Assembly (NCBI GenBank): GCA_040954595.2
Contig: CM082593.2
Coordinates: 9,743,200-9,807,199 of the forward strand
DNA: 64,000 nucleotides
Reading direction: 5' to 3'
Source: Balanoglossus misakiensis
Lineage: Eukaryota; Animalia; Hemichordata
Position 1 is the first letter of the stretch. Each line of letters begins with the position of its first letter. The position numbers and the translations under genes were made by a program. Positions 1 through 9,526 of the stretch are shown here, one piece after another. Below the pieces are notes generated by a model. The model had not been told where the DNA came from. It did no database searches and saw only the letters and a program-made list of their open reading frames with translations.

Positions 1-1
1 G

Positions 2-1879
2 TTGGAAAAAGGGGCCATTCTAAAGGTCCCTTTACCAGTTCAGGATACTGGGTTTTTCAGTCGTGTTTTCCTTATTCCAAAGAAATCACAGGGATGGAGA
101 CCCATTTTGGACCTGAGCGTGCTCAATCAGTACATTATAATCGAGTCTTTCCGTATGGAAACCACTCGAACTATTCGTCAGGCTCTCTCCACGGGAGATT
201 GGGCAACGACGATAGACTTGCAGGACGCTTATTTCCACATTCCTATCCATGCTCACTTCCAGAGGTACTTTCGCTTTGCGATAGGGAGCAAACTGTTCCA
301 GTTTGTGGCTCTTCCGTTCGGTTTGGCCACTGCCCCGGCTATTTTTACACGGGTAGTAGGGGCGTTGATGGCTTTTCTTCATTCCCGAGCAGTACAAGCC
401 AATCCATACCTGGACGACTGGTTGCTACACAATTCCAGTTTCCAGTTGACACTGGCAGACACACAAACCACACTACGGGAGACCGTTCGTGTGGGGTTCA
501 TTCCGAGCACAGACAAGTCTTGTCTAATCCCCTCACAGAGGATCCAGTTCATTGGCATGGTCATGGATCTGTCCAAGGGTTTAGTTTTCCCTACGGAGGA
601 AAACCTGTTGAAATTAGAACAACAAGTGCATCGGATCAGTTCAGAGTCCATGGTCCAAGCAAGCACATTGCTCAGCATCCTGGGTTGCATGAACTTTCTA
701 GCCGAGGCAATACCTTTAGGCAGACTACATATGACGCCAATTCAACTGTTCCTGTTGGCTCATTGGAGGCCGGTATCCGGTCAGTTGACAGACCTTATTC
801 AGGTAAAGCCACCTCTAGTTTCACACCTGCAATGGTGGCTAGACAGGGGGAATACTCTCGAGGGAAATCTCCTAGTATCCCCGTTGGCGACGGTGTCACT
901 GTTTGTGGACGCATCTCTCCAAGGATGGGGTGCACACTTGGGAGACAAGACAATTTCAGGGATATGGTCAGTCGACCAGTCAGTGCGGCACATAAATTGG
1001 TTGGAAATGAAGGCAGTACAGTATGCACTTCTCCACTTTCACCAAGACATTTGCGGCAAGGTGATTCTGATCAGGTCAGACAACACCACAGTAGTCGCAT
1101 TTATAAATCACCAGGGCGGCACCAGATCACCCAGCCTGTGTTATCTGGTATGGGACATGCTGAATTGGTGCCAGGCGAACAGCATCACGCTGAAAGCACT
1201 CCACGTTCAGGGCACAAGCAACATTCTGGCAGATGCTCTATCACGGGACAAGTTCTATCCACTAGAGTGCGCTCTACGGCAACCGCTAGTAGAGCAGATT
1301 TGTCTGATTTGGGACAGGCCCCACGTAGACCTATTTGCGACAGCCAAGAATCGCAAGTTCCCGATTTACGCGTCACTAAGGTCGGAACCACAAGCACTAG
1401 CATGCGACGCTCTGCCACAATCGCCTCTGGTTATTCCGAAACTGACGAAGTTAGTCGGTCAGCGTTCAGAGGATAGGTTGCTCTGTCCTATCAGAGCACT
1501 GAAGTATTATTTGCAGAGAACAAAAGACAGGAGGGGAGAGCAGACAAGACTGTTTATCTCCATTAGGGTTACACCCAGTATGTCTATTTCACAGTCGACT
1601 ATTTCCAGATGGATCGTCGAGACTATTAAGTTTGCTTATTCTAGCCCTTCAGAAGAAGCAATTAGCTGGGCTAAGGTGTCAGCTCATGAAGTCAGAGCTC
1701 TTGCTGCTTCATGGTCACTTTTTTCAGGGACTTCCATGGCTGATTTATTGTCTGCAGTCCAGTGGAGATCACAGACTACTTTTTCCTCTGCTTATCTGCG
1801 AGATATGGCAGCGGAAGCAGATGGCTTATTTTCCTTGGGTCCTATCTGTGTAGCTCAAAGAGTAGCTCACAGTAAGTAA
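2..1879 (+). CDS. DIRS1 pol: reverse transcriptase + RNase H + truncated DAM-like methyltransferase, fused to tyrosine recombinase C-terminus (5'-partial)
   Basis: RT: WRPILDL, IDLQDAYFHIPI, LPFGLATAP, YLDDW (407). RNase H: FVDASLQGWGA, HINWLE, SDNTTVV, NILADALSR. MT start: DLFATAKNRK...ACDAL. YR: LCPIRALKYYL, HEVR (1685), QWRSQTTFSSAY. Confidence 0.9.
   Translation: MEKGAILKVPLPVQDTGFFSRVFLIPKKSQGWRPILDLSVLNQYIIIESFRMETTRTIRQALSTGDWATTIDLQDAYFHIPIHAHFQRYFRFAIGSKLFQFVALPFGLATAPAIFTRVVGALMAFLHSRAVQANPYLDDWLLHNSSFQLTLADTQTTLRETVRVGFIPSTDKSCLIPSQRIQFIGMVMDLSKGLVFPTEENLLKLEQQVHRISSESMVQASTLLSILGCMNFLAEAIPLGRLHMTPIQLFLLAHWRPVSGQLTDLIQVKPPLVSHLQWWLDRGNTLEGNLLVSPLATVSLFVDASLQGWGAHLGDKTISGIWSVDQSVRHINWLEMKAVQYALLHFHQDICGKVILIRSDNTTVVAFINHQGGTRSPSLCYLVWDMLNWCQANSITLKALHVQGTSNILADALSRDKFYPLECALRQPLVEQICLIWDRPHVDLFATAKNRKFPIYASLRSEPQALACDALPQSPLVIPKLTKLVGQRSEDRLLCPIRALKYYLQRTKDRRGEQTRLFISIRVTPSMSISQSTISRWIVETIKFAYSSPSEEAISWAKVSAHEVRALAASWSLFSGTSMADLLSAVQWRSQTTFSSAYLRDMAAEADGLFSLGPICVAQRVAHSK
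94..1476 (+). CDS. Overlapping alternative-frame ORF of the DIRS element (probable 5' extension of the original recombinase ORF)
   Basis: 460 stop-free codons overlapping RT/RNase H. Long overlapping ORFs are an established DIRS1 hallmark. The frame closes shortly after the inferred deletion junction at ~1414. Confidence 0.6.
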   Translation: METHFGPERAQSVHYNRVFPYGNHSNYSSGSLHGRLGNDDRLAGRLFPHSYPCSLPEVLSLCDREQTVPVCGSSVRFGHCPGYFYTGSRGVDGFSSFPSSTSQSIPGRLVATQFQFPVDTGRHTNHTTGDRSCGVHSEHRQVLSNPLTEDPVHWHGHGSVQGFSFPYGGKPVEIRTTSASDQFRVHGPSKHIAQHPGLHELSSRGNTFRQTTYDANSTVPVGSLEAGIRSVDRPYSGKATSSFTPAMVARQGEYSRGKSPSIPVGDGVTVCGRISPRMGCTLGRQDNFRDMVSRPVSAAHKLVGNEGSTVCTSPLSPRHLRQGDSDQVRQHHSSRIYKSPGRHQITQPVLSGMGHAELVPGEQHHAESTPRSGHKQHSGRCSITGQVLSTRVRSTATASRADLSDLGQAPRRPICDSQESQVPDLRVTKVGTTSTSMRRSATIASGYSETDEVSRSAFRG

Positions 1880-1952
1880 TAGCCTGGTTCTTTCTGTTGG
1901 AATTTTGTTTTTTCGGTTCAAGTCCCACCGCCAGTTGTTCCTTGGGACTCTG

Positions 1953-2340
1953 TAGGCTATAGGTTGGATCAAAGGTATGGTATTTATGCCATAGAAACAA
2001 AACATTTTTTATTTTCGTTTCTGTTAGTAAATACTTACCTTTGATCCAACCAGATACCCACCCGCCTCCCCACACTTGACCTGTGACTGTTTTTCCATTA
2101 TTCATAAATTTTGGATGGGTCCTCAGTGCGTGGGCAGCATAGTTTCGGCCTGAGCAGTTATTTCTCGTGCTGAGCAATACTGAATATTCACGGCTGGACA
2201 GGTGGTATATGTACTCGGTGAGTATGACGTAATCAGGGGAAAGTTTTTTATCTCAGCGGTCGTTAGAGGGCGAGATATATTAGGCTATAGGTTGGATCAA
2301 AGGTGAGTATTTACTAACAGAAACGAAAATAGAAAATTTT
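1953..2340. repeat. DIRS internal complementary region (ICR, 1953-2051) and right terminal repeat (to ~2340)
   Basis: 2010-2051 is the reverse complement of 2290-2331 (1 mismatch). TAGGCTATAGGTTGGATCAAAGGT is directly repeated at 1953 and 2281. Confidence 0.85.
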
Positions 2341-2428
2341 TTGTTTTTATTCAATATTATTCTGGGTGTCACCCATCATTTCTTGTTCAGCTCGGTGAAG
2401 CTAGGTAAGCAATGTTGTTATTGTTTAA

Positions 2429-3030
2429 AGCCTCAGTATTTCTCGTAGGGGCAAAATTTTGTTTGAAACGGCATCTATAATTTCTAAAAGTAGATGATAA
2501 TTGATACTGAATCGAACAGTCATCATCCCCAGCTCTGCTCATAAACTCATACAATTTATAATATAACGAGTGAAGAATGACTTTCTGTCCGGACAGAAAG
2601 TCACGTGAGTCAGGCTCCTGTTGACACACGTGACTAGTGCGCATGCGCACTCCAATGTGAATCTATGCGGAAGAGGTTTGGTCGCCCCAAATCAAGCGAC
2701 TCAGCGAAGAAATGCGCACTAATTCGGCGAAATTTTGGGAAGATAACTTTATGGGAGAAATCAGTCGATGGAACCAGATCAAATCCGAAAATGGTCTGAC
2801 CATCAAATGTCAAAGTGGCACGTTTGCTGATCGACGTGTACAACATTTCCGTTGTAAACAAACCCGCGCATCATTTCAAGTGTTACGGAAAATATTTACA
2901 GCTTGCATGTAGCTACAGTTGCCCAAACCTTTCTTCTATCTTCATTATGTAGTATTCCATGATGAATGTACAGGAAAAACGGGCATTTTTCGATGATGAA
3001 AAATGGATACACACGAGAAATACTGGGGCT
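2429..3030. mobile_element. Non-autonomous Kolobok-like DNA transposon (602 bp)
   Basis: TTAA on both sides (2425-2428, 3031-3034), AG...CT termini, TIR AGCCTCAGTATTTCTCGT / ACGAGAAATACTGGGGCT. Absent from the paralogous intron at ~15125, which has a single TTAA. Confidence 0.85.
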
Positions 3031-3269
3031 TTAAACATTGTATTCAAGCCTGGGTCTGGACTTGGATGCAATTTGTCAATAATAACAGTGATTGGTAACT
3101 GCATGTTTTCATAACTGGCTATCTGTTAAAGAGACCAGCTGTTCTTTTTGCTGTGTGTACAGTACACATGCCATTGGCAGCTTATGGCTTAGTCAGTGTT
3201 TGCCTGTTGATTTCTCTATGTGTGTGTGTCAGTCTGTCTGTATATGTACTCCGGTGTAGACTTTTTTAT

Positions 3270-3830
3270 TGTGTTATCCCTGAATGGGACCACTGTGTCC
3301 TTAACGCGATGTTTTACACTCAGCAGCGATATTTTGTCTAACACGAGCAAAAATATCCCCAACTCGTCTGAGAAATCTTATACCAGGTCCTAAGGTTGTG
3401 AGATTTATGGAATCTCACACTCCCAAGACTTGGGATCATATTTCTCACATGTGTTGAGGATTTTCTGTCCCAAACAAGCTGCAGGCGAGTGTTGGACAAA
3501 ATATCCCTGACGAGTGTGAGAAATATGATCCCAGGTCCTTCATGTATGAGATTATATTTCTCATACGGCCACAAATTAGCCAAATTCATCTGAAAACATT
3601 GAATAAATGACTCTTGAACTGTCATCTGGCATGTTGTAGTTTCTGTATCGCGTCATAGGATAACATTTAACACACGTTATTAAAGAACACTTTGTCATCC
3701 AATCAGCGATCGCGTCATATAAAGCTTTCGATTCAGTGAGAATGTGGGATTGATTTGTTCTCACACTCTGATCCCACACTCTCAGCATGCCAGGAGTGTG
3801 AGAATCTATTTAGATCTACGAGTTTGAAAT
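3270..3830. repeat. Interspersed repeat with internal palindrome (possibly non-autonomous Crypton-like); paralogous copies at ~15390-15846 and in units 2 and 3
   Basis: TGGGATCATATTTCTCACA (~3430) pairs with TGTGAGAAATATGATCCCA (~3515). Recurring CTCACAC/GTGTGAG motifs. Family and boundaries tentative. Confidence 0.4.
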
Positions 3831-4129
3831 CTTAGGTGAAGAGTTTATCAATTTCACTGCCAACCCTGTAGGGCATTCTGGGATATGTGTTCATGCCAAA
3901 GCACAAACAGTTATGACCTGACAGCTCAGTTTGTAAATCATTTCTACAAATCCACAAAGAGACTCAAAGTTTAGAAAAGTTGTGTCTGTTAGAAATATTA
4001 GAAATATTACTGTTAATACTTAATTTCAAAGCCATGTGAATTTGTTCACTTTAGGGAAATTTTTAAAGGAAGGGAGGATTGGTATTGACTTGAATAATTA
4101 CAATGGATGTTTTTGTTCTCTATTTTCAG

Positions 4130-4252
4130 ATGTGAATAATGAGTGTTCAGATTCTGTTTGTGCTGGAGGGTGTCTCAATGCAGAGGGTGGATTCAGCTGT
4201 AATTGTGGTGATGATGGTTTCTCTCTGAGTGCAGATCATGTCAATTGTTTAG
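4130..4252 (+). CDS. Calcium-binding EGF-like exon A (DVNNECSDSVCAGGCLNAEGGFSCNCGDDGFSLSADHVNCL)
   Basis: ttttcag acceptor, gtaagt donor, 123 bp, phase 1-1, six Cys, cbEGF-type D-x-N-x-E-C and C-x-N-x-x-G-x-F-x-C. Confidence 0.9.
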
Positions 4253-4683
4253 GTAAGTTTTTTTTGAGTGGGGAGGGGATAGACCAACAATTGCTTTGCA
4301 TTTCCTGCCTCAAAAGGGCGCTTACACAAGTTGTAAGTGGCAAAGATTACAGCGAGTCACCATGTAAAAAAAATAATAAATAAAAGTTATCAGGCACTTT
4401 CCAAAGTTACACATTTAGAAAAAAATGAGTTTGTTGTCTCGTGTGTGATATTTTTGGCTAACAAAACACTAGCGTCTAATGTGGTTACTACATTGTTTGT
4501 TTATCAGTATACAGTACTGGTACAGATAAACATATGATATGACCAAGTTATATGCCAGATGATATTTATCAAGTTTCACACAATTTTGCTCTCTTGTCGT
4601 ATATTTTTTTCAAAGCCAACTGTACATGTAATTCAGATGTATTCATTCAAACACAATTTATCATATTTGTGTTTTCCCCACAG

Positions 4684-4809
4684 ATGACAATGAGTGCGAT
4701 CAAGCTGGTTGGTCACCGTGCCAACAAGTATGTTACAACACACCAGCCAGTTACCAGTGTGGTTGTAGACCAGGATTTAAGTTGCACAGAAATCAACATA
4801 CATGTGTTG
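4684..4809 (+). CDS. Calcium-binding EGF-like exon B ([42 protein letters not shown])
   Basis: ccccacag acceptor, gtgagt donor, 126 bp, phase 1-1, six Cys. Confidence 0.92.
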
Positions 4810-5414
4810 GTGAGTATCTACAATTTGGAGAGAAAGTAAGATGTATGTGTTTGTACTATGTAAGTGTCTAATACATGTACATGTATATGTGACACTGAAA
4901 TCATACATTGTACAGTCAGTCATTGGTAAATGTCTGCGTCATAGGATAACATTTAACACACGTTATTAAAGAACACTTTGTCATCCAATCAGCGATCGCG
5001 TCATATAAAGCTTTCGATTCAGTGAGAATGTGGGATTGATTTGTTCTCACACTCTGATCCCACACTCTCAGCATGCCAGGAGTGTGAGAATCTATTTAGA
5101 TCTACGAGTTTGAAATCTTAGGTGAAGAGTTTATCAATTTCACTGCCAACCCTGTAGGGCATTCTGGGATATGTGTTCATGCCAAAGCACAAACAGTTAT
5201 GACCTGACAGCTCAGTTTGTAAATCATTTCTACAAATCCACAAAGAGACTCAAAGTTTAGAAAAGTTGTGTCGGTTAGAAATATTAGACGTATCACTGTT
5301 AATACTTTATTTCAAAGCCATGTGAATTTGTTCACATTAGGGAAATTTTTAAAGGAAGGGAGGATTGGTATTGACTTGAATAATTACAATGGATGTTTTG
5401 TTCTCCATTTTCAG

Positions 5415-5537
5415 ATGTGAATAATGAGTGTTCAGATTCTGTTTGTGCTGGAGGGTGTCTAAATGCAGAGGGTGGATTCAGCTGTAGTTGTGGTGATGAT
5501 GGTTTCTCTCTGAGTGCAGATCATGTCAATTGTTTAG
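5415..5537 (+). CDS. cbEGF exon A' (duplicate of exon A, one N>S change)
   Basis: Intact splice sites, 123 bp, six Cys. Confidence 0.88.
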
Positions 5538-5964
5538 GTAAGTTTTTTTTGAGTGGGGAGGGGATAGACCAACAATTGCTTTGCATTTCCTGCCTCAAAA
5601 GGGCGCTTACACATGTTGTATGTGACAAAGATTACAGCGAGTCACCATGTAAAAAAAATAATAAATAAAAGTTATCAGGCACTTTCCAAAGTTACACATT
5701 TAGAAAAAAATGAGTTTGTTGTCTCGTGTGTGATATTTTTGGCTAACAAAACACTAGCTTCTAATGTGGTTACTACATTGTTTGTTTATCAGTATACAGT
5801 ACTGGTACAGATAAACATATGATATGACCAAGTTATATGCCAGATGATATTTATCAAGTTTCACACAATTTTGCTCTCTTGTCGTATATTTTTTTCAAAG
5901 CCAACTGTACATGTAATTCAGATGTATTCATTCAAACACAATTTATCATATTTGTGTTTTCAAG

Positions 5965-6069
5965 CTGGTTGGTCACCATGCCAACAAGCATGTTACAACA
6001 CACCAACCAGTTACCAGTGTGGTTGCAGACCAGGATTTAAGTTGCACAGAAATCAACAAACATGTGTCG
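5965..6069 (+). pseudogene. cbEGF exon B', duplicate lacking its acceptor and the DDNEC start
   Basis: 25-bp deletion relative to 4677-4701. Remainder reads [35 protein letters not shown] with intact gtgagt donor. Confidence 0.8.
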
Positions 6070-6214
6070 GTGAGTATCTACAATTGGGAGAAAGTAAGAT
6101 GTAGGTATTTGTGCAATGTAAGTGTCCAATACATGTACATATGTGACACTGAAATTACACATTGTACACTCAATAATTGGTAAATGTCTATTATTCATGA
6201 CACAAATCAACATA

Positions 6215-6400
6215 CAGTCAAACCTCTGTGACTGGCCACCTCTATTAAACAGCCACCTCTATATAGTGCCCACTTTATTCTAGTCCCTGTGTAATTTATA
6301 TCTACATTAATTGACTTTTCTACCAGGTATAATGGCCACCTGTCTATAAAGGCCAGTTTAGGAAAGTCCCTTCACTAGCCATAATGGACAGGTTTGACTG
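6215..6400. mobile_element. Tc1/mariner (pogo/Tigger-like) MITE
   Basis: TIR CAGTCAAACCT...AGGTTTGACTG, left TA, right CA (decayed TSD), internal GGCCACC repeats. Confidence 0.7.
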
Positions 6401-7084
6401 CACTTGTGTTGATTTCTGTCTGTAATACGTGTAACACAATCATAAAATTTTTCATAAAGAGGGCACACTTCCAAAATAAGGTGTCATCTCCAAGCAGACA
6501 ATGTGAAAAAGGAGGCCAGTTGGTTACTGTTGGAGTACTGCTCGAGCTCATCTACTTTGTTGTATACATGATACAAGTTGCGTGTAAAACTGACCTTACA
6601 ATAAAATGTGGCTGTCGAAAGTCTGTCCCAACTATAGTGTTGATACACAAGACAAAGTTTTTACTCTTTGACCAACTGGCCTCATGGTTGCGTCTTGGAA
6701 GGGCACCCTCTTTATGAAAAAGGCATATGATATCACTACAAGGAATAAATTAACATGATAGAACATTGCTGATTAATGTCATAGATCATGATAACATGAA
6801 TGCATAGCAATGTTTTGTTACAATTTGGTACATAAAGAAATGGACTACTGTGACAGTATTGACTCTGGGCACTACGTAGATGATTCCCAGCCTCAAAATT
6901 CTGACTTGCTTCACCGTTGGAAGAAGTCAGTTTTCAGGTTAACATGTATATTTGTACAGAGTGTGGCATTAGTGAGTGGTTGCATCACATCAGTGCATGA
7001 CAAAAGGTCATCACTGTGTAAGACTCAGAAATAGAATTTGAATACAAATCCTATTAAACAAAATATTCTAAAATTTACATGTTA

Positions 7085-7315
7085 TTTTTAACACCTGTTT
7101 ACTCCTATAAAAGTGAGTGCATGTGTTTTCGAGTTCTCTTCAATCCAGAAGCCACTGTATAGGCCTTAGTTGGTGCATGTAGCTCCTAGACTTAGAAATA
7201 AAGACGCCTCAAGTCCAGTTGACCATCTCACACTTCTGGCACTGGTGGGATTCAAACCAACGCCATCGAAATGACTGCAGGTGTCTAAAACCCCTTGACT
7301 GTAGGACACAAATGC
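7085..7315 (-). mobile_element. Possible decayed tRNA-derived SINE (copies at ~22800 and ~38740)
   Basis: B-box-like GGTTTGAATCCCAC on the minus strand at 7246-7259. A-box not clearly seen. Confidence 0.3.
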
Positions 7316-7528
7316 CTGACAGTGATATAACTATGTTATAATGTTACGTCGACACTACATAAGTTTGGGGATATGTTGTCTCAAATGATGAAATTGAGAA
7401 AAATTATCCCCATCTTGTTATAATCTGAGCCCAGTTGTCTTTGGTGTGAGATTCCAGTAGTCAAGAGTAGGCTTACCTTGAATAATGTAATGCTTGTAAA
7501 TAATTTCTAATTTCCTCTTACCCTCCAG

Positions 7529-7651
7529 ATATGAATGAATGTCACAGTGGTGGAAATGCGTGTCAACACTATTGTCAGAATACCCATGGTAGTTATCTCT
7601 GCGCTTGCAGACAAGGCTTCAATGTGCTGGAGGATGGCCATGCATGTGCAG
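7529..7651 (+). CDS. Calcium-binding EGF-like exon C, unit 1 (DMNECHSGGNACQHYCQNTHGSYLCACRQGFNVLEDGHACA)
   Basis: Polypyrimidine tract + ccag acceptor, gtatgt donor, 123 bp, phase 1-1, canonical cbEGF consensus, no stop. Confidence 0.93.
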
Positions 7652-8731
7652 GTATGTAACTGTGGATATTGATCTCTTCTGTGGCTACACTGTTTGGGGA
7701 TTGTATATTGCTATGGTTACAATAAAACATGCATCCTGTCTGTCCATTGCACACATTTTAAAATTTGAAATCAACCGCACACTCGTACTGAACACATGTT
7801 TGTTGAAATTGTATCTCAGAATTTTTCCATTTATAATTATGCATAATATAAACAAATTAACAAATGTGAAATTTTATCTTTGAAAATTTGTTTGCAAGGG
7901 TGAAAAAGTAATCTGTTTTTTTAAAAATCAGACAAAGTTTTGCTGACAGGGTACACAAGTTTCAGGGGATTTTGTCAAAATGAGAATGATAGAGAGTGTT
8001 AAAATTCCTAGAAAGAGATTGCCATGGATATTGAGGACTTTGGTGTAAAAACAATCAACTGATCAATTAATATGTGGTTACGAATAAGTGTCATCAACCT
8101 CACCTTCTATCCACAATGCTGGATCTATAGACAGTTTTAAAAGGGGTTTAAAAACTCGTCTTTTTATTCTGCACAATTTCATTCCATTGCTTTTTTTGGT
8201 TTAAAGGGAATGTCTTTCAGAACTGTTTTGGTTTCTTTGGGGTTTTTAAGTGTAATTTTTTTATCCTTTAAAGAGCATATCTTAGCTCGAAACACACTTT
8301 GAGGATAAATAATAATTGGGCGTGTGTGTTAAATGCTGGTGTCCTTTTACTTATTTCATATGGATAAATAAATGTTAAATTTAAAAATGTTCAGGGCCTG
8401 AGAAAAAACTTCTGTTTGGGCCACGCCCATTTCTGTGACGTCACAAGAGGAACCCATTTACGTTTGCAAGACTGTACATTGCAGTGGTTGAATTGCAATC
8501 ATACATGTCTGTGATCTAAACAGCTTTGCTGGGTCAGCCTCTGGATCCCCCGTTCCATTCAAAATAAATGTACATATATACCTTTTCATCTAGGGGAGAT
8601 GCGATTATGAAAAAAATAACACTACTCGGCCCGGTTAGGCTATGGCTACGCATTGCAAGCAGTACACAACATGCAATGGCAGCGGATGTGTATAGGCACC
8701 TTACACATACAATGATTGCTGCCTCGATTAA

Positions 8732-9526
8732 GATGGGTCCCCCGTATCTTTTTGCTCGTTTCTATGGGCCTTTATAGGACACTACACTCAATTTTGATCG
8801 AAACCGTTAGGAACGTCCGACAAGGGGCTTGTAACTAGTTAAAAATACACACGATCGTGTGCACACCCCCTGTCCGAGTATGTTTACGGCAGCTACCGCC
8901 CGGCCATAGGCCGCCACGCTAATACGGCAAAGCAGCGGTCAGCGATGGCGTGCGCGTCATGTAACCACAGTAACTGGATCGAACGCTAAAAATCCAATGT
9001 TTTGTACACAGAGATTTTGTACCGTTCACGAAAATCCCTAAGGCTTTTTTCATAGGCCACGTACGCCAGTCAAATTTGACCTGCTTGTTGAGAACGCACT
9101 TCCACACAGTGTGACGGATCGTTTTTTCGGTTTTCGTCGTGCTAAGAAGCGATACCGGTGGAAGAGTGCGTCCAAAAACACCTAAAATCGATGACTTTTT
9201 CCGCTGTGGTACGGGTATGCTGAAATCGTAGGATACAACGATAATATTCAAAAACAAAATCCGTCACGATCTTCCCTGGTTCAAGCAACTAATGAATACG
9301 TATCAAGTTCGTTTTTGAGGTCACGGAATAAAAAGCCTTAGGCTTTTGAAATTTGACCTAGCTAATTTGCATATCAATGGCGTCAGGGGGCGCGCGCTCA
9401 CAATCGTGCAGATTTTCAACTAGTTACCAGCCCCTTGTTAGACTCTGAAAACGGCTTAGTCCAAATCGGGGTGTAATGTCCTGCAAAGGCCCATAGCAAC
9501 AGGCAAAAAGATCCGGGGGACCCATC
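8732..9526. mobile_element. TTAA-flanked non-autonomous element with long imperfect TIRs (Kolobok-like, 795 bp), unit 1
   Basis: TTAA|GATGGGTCCCCCG...CGGGGGACCCATC|TTAA. Imperfect inversion extends ~140 bp (CAAGGGGCTTGTAACTAGTT / AACTAGTTACCAGCCCCTTG). Confidence 0.85.

Larger units (their letters stand above)
1..2343 (+). mobile_element. DIRS1-type tyrosine-recombinase retrotransposon, 3' portion (5' end outside window), internally deleted
   Basis: RT, RNase H, methyltransferase-start and YR motifs in ORF 2..1879. Overlapping stop-free second frame. ICR and right terminal repeat at 1953-2340 ending in a T-run. Host sequence resumes at ~2344, matching the paralogous empty site at ~15046. Confidence 0.93.
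3650..6189 (+). repeat. Tandem duplication of ~1.29 kb (3650-4935 and 4936-6189) containing two EGF exons
   Basis: GCGTCATAGGATAACATTTAACAC starts at 3650 and 4936. Both copies end TTGGTAAATGTCT. Duplicated ORFs are offset by 1285. Confidence 0.95.

Noticed and set aside
4036-4383. ORF-track proteins spanning EGF exons (also 5393-5668, 5844-6104, 30484-30684, 46426-46626)
   Set aside because: Read-through into introns. Only the AG/GT-bounded parts encode EGF.
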